Positions 52,934-64,000 of a stretch of 64,000 nt of DNA are shown piece by piece. Position 1 is the first letter of the stretch. Every line of letters begins with the position of its first letter. The DNA lies in assembly GCF_006345805.1 (NCBI RefSeq), contig NC_042997.1, positions 80,414,001 through 80,478,000 of the forward strand. Reading direction: 5' to 3'. The DNA comes from Octopus sinensis. Its lineage: Eukaryota. Below the pieces are notes generated by a model. That model searched no databases. It had not been told where the DNA came from and saw nothing but the letters and a program-made list of their open reading frames with translations. A program made the position numbers and the translations under genes.

Positions 52934-53608
52934 TCTCACCAAATTTGACTATCAGACCATTTGAGTTCTATTTTATCAGATATGCATTTGTGACATGTTG
53001 CACACTACATTGAGTTGCAATATTACGTATTGCTTCTACAGTCAATTGTTTATTTTTAAGTGGAATTCTACAAAGTATGGAAGCATTTTCTGTAAATATT
53101 TTCTTGCCTAGCTTATGCATTATTCCATTTGGTGCAATTATTCCTCATTTTAAATGCATAGTGAGCCTGTGAAAGAGTGTTGTAGCTGTCTGACTAATGA
53201 AATAGTTGGAATAGTGAAGTTTGTCACTCACATTTTTACACTCAAATTTTTATCCTTTAGCATTCAGATAACTCTGTCAAATGTAATGCTTATTGATTCA
53301 CATTGTTTTGAATTAATTATGTATTATCATGTAGCTTTGAGATTTCAACGATATAATTGTTTATTTTCAAAATGACATTGTAGGGTAGGAGTGAGAGGCT
53401 AGATGTGGCTGGTTTTATCATAAAAAGGATAGAATATTTGAGTCTGGTATGGCTGGTTTAAATTAAATTGTTCATTTTAAGTTTGCCCCCAAGTTCACAT
53501 GCTTCCAGTGCGAGGTTAATAAGAAACTGTTTTTCTTTTTATCTTAATATTTTTGTAACATATTACAAGTGTTAGTTTGTGGTTTAGTGTGAAGTATTTT
53601 GTTTTGTT

Positions 53609-53860
53609 TTAAAAGATGTTTGATAAAGTGTTTCTCCTATATCTGGTATGTATTTGATTCACTTGGTGTGTGATATGTATATCTTTGTAGGGGTATTGCC
53701 TAACATATTTGTTGCATTTATTTCCTTCTATTTCCATCAATCTATTTGAATATCCATTGCTAATTAGTGTTTGTTTTATTGTGTGGATTTCATTATCTAG
53801 TGTTTCATTTGTGGAAGGAAACCTAAAAGCTTCGTTAAGTAATGATTTCCCCACTGACAT
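53609..53860 (-). mobile_element. Penelope-like element RT C-terminal relic
   Basis: KSLLNEAFRFPSTNETLDNEIHTIKQTLISNGYSNRL resembles the PLE thumb motif ..RAxxxxS...FxxEIxxIKxxLxxNGYP. Confidence 0.6.
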
Positions 53861-53985
53861 TTTGTAGTTAAGAGAGCATTTGCCATTTCCATATTATTAT
53901 ATCCACTTGTTTGGGTCTTTTGTTACACACACACGTCTCCCACACACAAATATATATATATATATATATATAAATACATATATAA

Positions 53986-54281
53986 AATATAAATTAGAGA
54001 AAAACCCCACTATTATGCAATTCAAACAATGATAGACATAAACCAAATCATAAATAAAAAATAAAATATTTTTATAAAACATAACTAGATCACAAAAAGT
54101 ATAAAAATGAATAATCAATATATAATAAGTATATTATTATATATTCATTATTCATTTTTATACTTTTTGTGATCTAGTTATATGTTTTATAAAAATATAT
54201 TTTATTTTTTATTTATGATTTGGTTTATGTCTATTATTGTTTGAATTACATAATAGGGTTTTTTTCTCTCTAATTTATATT
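53986..54281. repeat. ~296 bp near-perfect palindrome
   Basis: aatataaattagag...aaaaatgaataat is inverted at 54147-54281. The spacer is itself nearly palindromic, leaving a loop of about 5 nt. Confidence 0.9.
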
Positions 54282-54343
54282 GTGAAATTTGATTTAATAG
54301 TAAATTGAATTTTTTCCTGTAAGTTTGGAGTTATATTCCCTAT

Positions 54344-54420
<77 letters not shown>

Positions 54421-54973
54421 ATCTTAGGTCCTGGCAGAGTGTAAAGGTAGGTTGTTTCCAGAGAAGCATCCAAATACTGGGCTATCAAGGCTATCAACAC
54501 TGTAGGGTCCCAGACTAATGCTGGAATTCTTCAAGTAAAGAAAATTCTTGTTTCGCAATGGTCACATCGTAATGTGGGTTTGGCAAGGAGAAAATTCTAA
54601 TTCTAATAATAAGATGGATTAAAGAAATCCTTTAACACATCTTAAATGATTTGTGACAATTGTTTCTGTGCTAACTCTGTTTGCAATGCCAGTTTATGCA
54701 AAAAAGTGAAGTGAAAATTTATGTACTGTTTGCAGAGAGGCACTTCATCTGACTTGCATTTAAGGTGTGCTGTCACATTGTGCGTCTTCCAGACATTGCT
54801 TTTTGGAAGTACCTCTCTAAAACCATAAATATGACATAAATGTTCACTTCAAATCTTTGCGTAAACGGATGTTGCAAGCAGGGTTGGTACAGAAACAATT
54901 GTAATGAATCACTAAAGACGTGTTCAATAATTTCTTTGACCTAATATTTGGACTATATATATATATATATATA

Positions 54974-55097
54974 TAAAACATTATTGGTGAATTGAAGAAA
55001 TGGAGCTGAACGCAGATTGAACAGAAATCGTTTTATAAAACGATTTCTGTTCAATCTGCGTTCAGCTCCATTTCTTCAATTCACCAATAATGTTTTA
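54974..55097. repeat. Perfect 124 bp palindrome with no spacer
   Basis: 54974-55035 is the exact reverse complement of 55036-55097 (taaaacattattggtg...cgtttta|taaaacg...ataatgtttta). Confidence 0.95.
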
Positions 55098-55242
55098 ATT
55101 TCAATTATCCGCACCAACGCACGGTTGCAATGCCAGATGGTTGTACCTCCAACCGTGCTGTTTACTGCTGTGATTTTTGCTACTAAGGTATCGGTTAACT
55201 TTTGATTAATCTACAACAAGATTATTCATCTTTCTATTTCAC

Positions 55243-55298
<56 letters not shown>

Positions 55299-55674
55299 TA
55301 CATACATATTGAAAGAAAGAAAATGGAGAAAGATGGATGTATGAATAATTTATTTGTAGGATATAAAAATGTTGAAGTTTTTTTGAAACTAACAATACAA
55401 ATAAATAAGTTGTAAAGCTCAAAAAGAAATCAGGTAAGGCAAAAATACCTACATATATGTTTCAGTTCTAGGCCGTAGTTGATATGCAATTCTAAGCATT
55501 TAGCTGTATGCCAAGAATGGTATCATTTTTAATTATATAGGGCAGAACTTCTTCAGGGTTATTATGAGCTTATAAAACAAAGGTTAACATACATTGTCTA
55601 ATGATGTGAGAGTCCATCATATATATATATATGCGCATACATATATATATAAATGCACACACACACACATATAC

Positions 55675-56560
55675 AATCATCGTTTAACATACACTTTCCA
55701 TGCTGACATGGGTTAGATGGTTTGACATGGGGCTGGCTAGCAGGGAACTGTCCAAACTCAAACTGTCTGTTTCTATGGCTGGCTACCCTTCCAAATGCCA
55801 ACCACTTAACAGTCTGTTGGGTGCTTTTTACATGCTACTAGCATTAGTGCATTTATGCAGCACAAGCATAGATGCATTTACACAGCAATGGTACGGGTGC
55901 TTTATAAGTGGTACCAGCACCTGAAAGGACAACCCTGTATGTGTGGAAGACATAATTTTACTTAGCTTGACGTGTCTTACGAAGTACAGTAACTTGCCAC
56001 ACCTCCTGGTTCCTAGTCATTTCCTCAGCAAAGCCCAGTGTCTGCAGATCCCTTCTCACCACTCTGTTCACATCTTCCTGGGTTTTCCACAGATACCCTC
56101 CACAATTAGAGTTCAGCAATTCTTTATGCAATTGTCTTCATCCATATGCATCATATGGCCAAAGTCTTCTCTCTTGCACACAACATCATCTGATGCTTCT
56201 TATACCCAATTTTCCTCTTAAATCATTTATACACTGTCATGCATGCACACTGACATTACCCATCCAGCAAAGCATGCTAGCTTCATTTCTTTTAAGCCCA
56301 CATTTCACTGCCATGTAACATAGCTGTACATACATATACAGGCATCATACAATCTGCCTTTCACACTGAGTCAGAGGCCCTTAGTTACCAACAAAGGTAG
56401 CTCTCTGAACTTCCTCCCAGCCTGTTCTTATCCTAGCAATTATACTTTCAGAACTCCCTCCTTGATTGTTAACTTGGTCTCCTAGGTAACAGAAGCTATC
56501 TACTACTTCTAATGATTCACCTGAGCATCTGAGTAGGGCTATTGTCACAAAAGTGATGAC
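55675..56560 (-). mobile_element. Older RTE family A 3' end
   Basis: Tail catcgtttaacatacactttccatgc; coding remnant ttcacactgagtcagaggcccttagttacc is the reverse of the KGLxLxVKGRLYD segment. Confidence 0.75.
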
Positions 56561-59500
56561 AAAGTGTCATGGTGAGATGGAATAAATAGGATACTATCCT
56601 AAGTCATCATAATAAAATATGTAACAAGGAAATATGTCTCAAAAAGAACATGCAAGGGCTTGTATGTTGTGTGAAAAGCAAATGTAAAATGTATCTATAT
56701 GAAGAATGTCACACAAAGCAAATCCATACTGGAGAGAAAAAAAAAAGAACTCAAGATATTCCCAAAATTTCGCAGATGAAAACTGAAACATGTAAGAGAT
56801 TTTCCCTTTTCCTATCACTATGTCTCCTCTCCACTGTTAAAGATAATGAAAATAGAAAAATTAATTGTATTTCAGCCTGATTTTAACTTTAAATCACTCT
56901 GAGGCTTTCCTCTTTTTGCCTATATCTCTTTGCTCCTCCTTTTCCACACCGTTAAAAGAGTAAAAAAAGGAAAAGAAAAAATGAGATTATATCTAATTCT
57001 TAAAGCTTCTAAATGACTATAGACTAATTTCAAGTTATGTTGTACTGACAAGTCCAGAATAAGGGTGAAATGGCACTATCTACAACTATAGGGTTATCTT
57101 TCTCTCTCTGACTCCCTAAGCAAATATAAGCAACAACAGTGGTAGCTCTCAGTCAAACAACCACATATGTATGTGTGTGTGTGTGCGTGCATATATATAC
57201 ACATACACACAAACTTAAATATATCTGTCCATTTAACTATCTATCTACAACACACACACACACATATTTTTATATATCCCAGCTTTCTACATGAGCAAAG
57301 TATGCTTGCAATTCTATATTAGCCAGTTAATATAGAATAGATACTGCCTATATTGTCAGTCAATCAGGATTGGTGGTTTAAGAGTACTGGCTAATCTGTT
57401 TGTTCTGGGCATCGATTATAAAATCACAGTACTGTAATATCTATGTTTCTAAAACTGCTAGACTGTGTTGGCAATAACTACTGATTTTTTTTTTTTTACT
57501 TTTAAATGTATATGTATTTACCAACTATATTTAACTAAGTCATAAACAGTATTTATGAAAAGCAGCATGCAACGTGTGGATAAGCTAAATGCTGAAGCAA
57601 GACTATAAAAGAGGGTGTGATTTATCTCCTACTGCAAGGTATATACAAGTTCATACAAGTAGACAGGCTTTCATTTTGATTTTTTTTTTTTAATATGATC
57701 CTGAGAGAATGCTTGCAAAGGAGTTATTAGCAAGTGAAAAGCCAAATAAAAACCTTCTAGTATCAGTGAAACAGTAAGATTTTTCAAAGAAACATTATTA
57801 AGAGTAATGGCTAATATCAAACAATTCTTAGTCAATTGTATTTAACAGAAAATTGGTGCACCACTAAGTGGTTAAGAAGTTTCCATTGCAATCATGATGA
57901 CTAAGGTTTAATTCCACTGCACAGCACCATCAGCAAATATCCTTGTCCTTATCCTAGGATCAACCTAAGCCATGCTGTATATGATACAATGATCCGTGGG
58001 TTCAGTGTATTGTCACACAATCATTCTACCTGTATTAAGATTACAAATCTCTGTGCAATATTTAGTGATTTAATTTGGAATTTAATGAGCAGATAGAGAT
58101 AACTCCTTTGATCAGACTGAAACATCCATACATTGAAATTGATTTGTGAGTGTATCAGTCTAAAAATTAGTGTAGGGCTCACGTTTGTTAAGACTAGGGA
58201 ATAGGGGCGACTAGGTAAAACTGAAAATTCTTATGGATTAGGGGTTGAGAGTTGAAAAAATGTGGGCAGAGACAAAATTCTAGAAAGATGCAATTTTGAG
58301 TTCTGGGAAATGAGATGCAGATTATGATGAGAGAGAAGAGGAAGGTCAACTGAGTTAGTCTAGATGCTAACTATTGTATGATATAGGTTTCTCTTTTACA
58401 TATATTTTTTTTAATGTGCTATGTATGTACACAGCTTAAAGTCCAAATTTAACATGATTTTCTCTATACAACTGACATTTTATTTAGCTCATTCTACATG
58501 TTTTCTGTTTGCAATTGTCTTTCATTTCTTGGAATATCAGCTCATTGACATCAATGTCTCTAAGGGTAACTTTGATAATCTTTCCATTTCCATTATAGGC
58601 AGCAATATGCTGATAAGTAACTGCAAAGAAGATAACTGCAATGGGTACTATATGATATCTGCATTAAGAAACTTGTCACATGTATTTTTCATGATAGTTG
58701 ATAATCACACACTGCATGTTTTCAATCCAATTGATTCCCTTATTGCATTAAAATTTACCAAAAGCAACAATATATCAACCTTCTTTCTTTTTATTGTTTA
58801 CAACAGAGCTGAATAGGTAATATCTTAAACTGTCTGTTGCTACACAATTGAGAAATCAGCAATTCTACTGTAAGATTGTTTCCAAAATTCTCATCAAATG
58901 GCACAATTTAGATAAATGTAAAACACTGTGAAAACATATTAGGTGTAACCATTAATGTTGAAGTAAATCATGTTACTGAATGGCAAATATTGCAAGATAT
59001 ATAGCTCTTTTTCTTTGCAGGAAGAATATATTTTTACAACAATTACTCTCATTGCAATATAAAGGATGAAAACTTAAATACACTCAAAAATAATAAATAT
59101 GTACTTTTGAGGTGTTCAATAATGTGATCTTTTTGAACATACATTTTTTTTATTTATTGTAATTTATCAAGTTAGGATAATTTGAATGCAAAATTACATC
59201 CATAAATTTCTTTAAATTCTGACATTTATAAAAAAATGAGTAAAATACTTGGGATGTTTTTAGAAAATAACAGATGTGCTATATGTGACATATTCAAGGA
59301 GGTTGGATATTATAATGGTATTTTACAGATAATTCATATAATATAACTCGTGAATTACATTCAGGCAATTAAATATGCTAAAAATGGTTGTGTGAAACAC
59401 TGACAAAAGCTCACCAAGTAGACATTTGAAATTTTCAAATTGGCTAAAAGTAAAATTGAACACAATTCTTCTATTTTAAGAAGATTTAAGGTTATATTAA

Positions 59501-62122
59501 CAAAGCTCTCTCTCACTCCTTTTCTAAAGCATATGTATAAACAAGTGTGTACATGCATGTATATACTGACACATACACAATGGTTCCCATGTCACAGCTG
59601 ATGTACAAATGTTGACTATGCATGTGTTTTTTGACAGATGTGGACTTGGACAGTTTGCAACAAGCTGATGTGGGAGAGTAATAAAAAATAAAAGGGGCAT
59701 GAACAGAGAAAAAAATGTAAGGTAAAATAAAGCAAAAGAAGTATAAAAGGAAACAAAAAGCAAAAAAGGAGTTGTGTTGCTGTTGATGTTTGGCCCCCAA
59801 GTGAGCTTTGAGTGAGTAGACCTATGATCAAAGGCAAATCTGCCATGATTTTGCAATTGTTTTTTCAGATTATTCACAGCAGTAGGGTAATGGGAGAGAT
59901 TTGTCAACTATTTCTAGCAGGTCAACTGACGGCATATAGAATCAATGGTGCACAATAGAGCTGTTAATGAGTGAATAATGTGTGCACTTGAGTGGTAAGG
60001 TTAAATTCAGATACTACACTGCAATACAGATTTAGAACAAGCAGAGCAGAACTTACTAGGGTACAGCATTCCATGCTTTATAGCTCTTACATGTATCAAA
60101 AGATCCCTATTGAATCCTACAGCCTTTCCTATAGGGATGCACTTATTGGGTCATTTCATGATATTTTCTTTAAACCAAGACAACCAATCCAACACATGTA
60201 CAGCAGCATTTTGATACTATGGCTGGTTGTTCTTTACACAAATTAAGTAACTATACCCAGCAAAGTCTTGCATCATTACCAAGGTTTCCAAACTGGCTAC
60301 TGAACTTGAAAAATCTTCGTTCATTATTTGTCATTTTTCTTGCTATGTTACAAAATGTTTTCTAGTGTCATGGGTTAAAATTTTCCAGATGCATCCTTTG
60401 GTTATGATAATCTCTTGCTGGGAGCCTGCTCTAAATATTTACAATGAAGAAAGTCCCAATAAAGAATTTGTGTACCAGGAAGTTATATCATATTGATGGG
60501 AATGCACAGCACCATATACAACAAAAGCGCATTTGGCAATGCAGCTCAAAGCATATAATGACCCAAAGCTAAACTAACTAACACTCTGTGGTGTGTGTGT
60601 TTATTTACCTGTCAGTAATAAGTTACTTTAAAGTATATAAACTAGGTATACTAATATATAAACATGGAGAGAAACTTAATGTAGTGGTCAGAGTGGGACC
60701 AACAATACAGAACTGTTATCATAACTAGTATGACAGTACTGTTACATATACAGGAATTATACAACTGATAAAAAAAAACAAGAATGACTGATGAAGTCAC
60801 TAACACAATCCAACTTGTCTTTTCTGTTGTAACTGCAGAAGCTTTTTAGAGCAAACTGGTCTTGTGATATCATCACTGTTGTACTCCTAACTTCCCTGGT
60901 TCTCTTATCACTCATATCCACCCAATGAGGTTTTACAATAACCACTACACCCAGTCCTTCCTTCCCAGAACATCAGCTTGCAAGAATACCTTCTCTGCAC
61001 AAGTCTTTTTAGGCCATGAACATAACTCCTTACAGACAAATCTAATAATGAAAATAAAGGCCTATATCTCATTGTTTTACAAGATAATGAGAAATTCCTT
61101 GTTTTTCTTTTACTCTTTTATACATTTCAGCCCTAAAGCTGTGGCCATGCCACAGCACTGCAGGTAATTTAATTTCATAGAGGATTCTTCATTGAATGTC
61201 AAGGGTTTACAAAGGTTGGAGAAATACATGTGGAATATGATTCATAGGATATGCAAGGTTAAGTTGCATGAAAGATAAAATGCAAGAGAACTGAGAATGC
61301 CAAAATGTCTCAAAGTGGAAACAGTACTCTATAGCAAGTCTCATATGAATTTCATTGAGGGTTAGTAGTAGTTTGAGATTGAAGAGATTTTTGGCCCTGA
61401 AGAAGCAAGCCAGTGTTTGCTTTCTTAGTAATGCAAATTTACTAGAAGAGATCCTTAATGTAGGAGAGACAGCTGTGTTGGTATGGGAATGTAATGTGAC
61501 TGGATGATGAGTACAAGGCAAAAAGGTGCAGTAAAATACTGAAGACAAGATTAAGGAAAACAGAAAACTGATATTAAATAACAATCCATCAAACTAAAGC
61601 TAACATTAAAATGTGGAAGCTAAAAGAGTATCATCTTGGCATCATGTTAGTACACAAACATACCCACACATGTAAATTATGCAAATACATATATCTTTTT
61701 AAGCTATACTTGCCCTACCTATCCCTAAGTAAAACAAAAGGAACCGATAATGATGACATTTTAAATGAAGATCAATAAACATATGAGAGTTAATAACAGT
61801 CAGTATTGGATTAGTAATTGTTGGAGAGAAATGGTCTTTGTACTGTACATTATAGAAACATATAGTAGTTATAAGGTAACCATCACACTCATACAATCTA
61901 GATGTGAAAATTTGGGCCTACAAGCAACAAATGACTGAAAGTCAATGAAAATTTTTCACTTTGTTTTTGAAGATAGGAGATATGTGAATCCCAATACCCA
62001 TACAGAAACTTATACAAACCCATGGCATGTACCCAAGGTTCTATTAACACATGCACATGTGTGCGTTTATCAAATAGTGTTTTTTTTACATTAATATGTG
62101 TGTGTGTGCATGTGTAGCTGGT

Positions 62123-62161
<39 letters not shown>

Positions 62162-62269
62162 CCATATCAGCATGGAAGGTGGACATATGATGATAATATA
62201 AATGCAGGCATGTTTTCTAGCTACATCATTTCAAGTTCAATCCAATGCACAGCATGTTTATCATCTAAC

Positions 62270-62332
62270 ATAGCCCCAAGCTGACCAAAGCCATACAAAT
62301 GGGTTTGGTAGATGGAAACTGTAAGAAGCTTG

Positions 62333-62376
<44 letters not shown>

Positions 62377-62650
62377 CCATATGCCCTCCTTGTATTGACA
62401 TCATGTGATGGTTGTAAACGAGCATTGTCATCATACAAGTGATGTTGTTAGTTCCAGTTTTCCATGAAAAATACATCAGGCCACAGAGAAACTTTGCTTG
62501 GAAAAATACAAGCCATGGGGAAATGTTGCTTGGAAACAAGAGCTGGGGATAGGAAAGGCATCTGACCATAAAATGAATTCTGTCTGACCCATGCCAACAT
62601 GGGCAAGTGGTTGTTGGTCACAGTCAAATGAGTGAAACAAGTAAAAGAAT
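62270..62650 (+). mobile_element. Composite SINE-like element (SINE A core, (GT)n, RTE-tail-like segment, SINE A/L2-type tail)
   Basis: gggtttggtagatggaaactg (SINE A core), ataggaaaggcatctgacc...acccatgccaacatgg (RTE A tail-like), cacagtcaaatgagtgaaacaagtaaaagaata (SINE A tail). Confidence 0.55.
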
Positions 62651-62866
62651 ATATGTATGTATCCACTCACATACATGCATGTATGTATGTATACACACAT
62701 ATGTACCCACTCACATACATATACACCCCTCCCACATACACATATCCACTCAATATGCACATGTACACACAAACACACACATGCACATACATATATCCAC
62801 TCACACACTTCCACATGTACACACACCCACTCATACAAGTACACACACATCCACTCACACACATGT

Positions 62867-62898
<32 letters not shown>

Positions 62899-62900
62899 CA
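62651..62900. repeat. Compound (CA)n/(TA)n microsatellite
   Basis: Directly visible; explains the HT/TH-rich ORFs. Confidence 0.9.
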
Positions 62901-64000
62901 AAGAGGGGATAATTTTATGAAAAAAATGAACTAAATCTGTACAATGACAGAAATTGGTCTTAATGCTTTTTACTCTAAAGACCTAATTTTAAAAAAGCAA
63001 TTCTTTTAAATGTTTTTTTTCTTTATGAGAAGAATGGTCACAAGCTAAAATAACAAAGCAAAGAAACAGAGAGGAGAAGCTCAACAACCAAATTAGAATA
63101 TTTCACAGTGCAAATTTTTTTTTTTTTAAAGGTATATTTTATACTACTGAAACAAAACTCACCAAACACTTCAAAATATAAAACACTAGTCAGCATGCAA
63201 TGAACATCAATTGTCAAAGAGAATTTTCAAGAACGTTTTAAGAATCAAAATGGGCAATGAAAAATATATACAGTTTACATAATTTAAAAGTTGTAGACAT
63301 TTTGCAGTTAACTCCAGTGACAAAGTTGGTCATAGCTGTGCTAAACCTGAAATTATTATTTAAATGAACATATTTTTCTTTATCTCACTTTTCTTGTTCA
63401 CTGAATGTGTAAAGAACAATTTAGTTGAAAATTAGGAATTGATTAAAAGATTGAACAAAGAAATCAGAAACATGAACAAAAGCAACTAAAAGAATGATAT
63501 ATGTAAAATCTATTGAAAAGATAATCAATTTTCAGAAGGAATAAGTCTAGATTTTTAACTGTAAATTTTACAAAATCATGACAGCAATAAAAAAAAAAAA
63601 ATTAAAAAAAAAAAATTTCTAATGGTATCCTAGTGTAGCATACAGCCAGTTAATAATTATAACAATAGAACTATAATGAAATGATAAGCCTGTATCTAAG
63701 AGATAAACAGGAAATGGAAATGGGTTATCCCTTATGAAATTGTGAATATTATGACAAGAGACTATTGTCGAGAAATAACAATGAATGTATTGAAATGAAA
63801 GAAGGAAAAACTGGTTCAATTTCCTGATAAGATAATAAAAAGAGGAAAGTAATATAAATGCCATCAATTCTCACAGTGCTAAAAGACACAAGACTTGTAC
63901 ACTGTTAAGACAACTAGGTATCATGTCAACTTTAATTGATACTTTCATTAGTGTTGTGAAATCAAGTGAGGAAATAAATTACAAATTCAAGCCTGATTTC

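Noticed and set aside
55108-55160. Possible hammerhead relic next to the perfect palindrome
   Set aside because: CUGANGA core absent and GAAA reads GCAA; explained equally well by a 9 bp quasi-palindrome.

Overview
AT-rich eukaryotic (animal) genomic DNA, full of (TA)n/(CA)n microsatellites and transposable-element relics. The repeat repertoire (RTE LINEs with (GAT)n tails, two tRNA-derived SINE families, TA arrays) resembles an octopus/coleoid genome; this is my inference, not a database result. I recognise no host protein-coding gene, rRNA, tRNA gene or CRISPR array, so the window is probably intronic or intergenic. Supported content: (1) a near-intact 3.4 kb RTE-clade LINE (EN+RT, two small frameshifts, no internal stops); (2) many 3' fragments of a second RTE family whose 3'UTR carries a GC-rich, hairpin-forming 60-61 bp tandem array; (3) a decayed CR1/L2-group LINE whose double stem-loop 3' tail is shared with a SINE family; (4) a decayed 6.3 kb Helitron whose Rep gene is split by a ~99.7% identical copy of its own 3' end plus downstream flank; (5) a DD34E Tc1 transposon with IR/DR ends and an open ORF; (6) hAT, Penelope-like, I/Nimb-like and MITE relics; (7) a minimal hammerhead-ribozyme relic in a ~220 bp insert; (8) several fold-back palindromes beside (TA)n arrays, one a perfect 124 bp palindrome. 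All alignments and folds were done by eye, so element boundaries are approximate unless stated.
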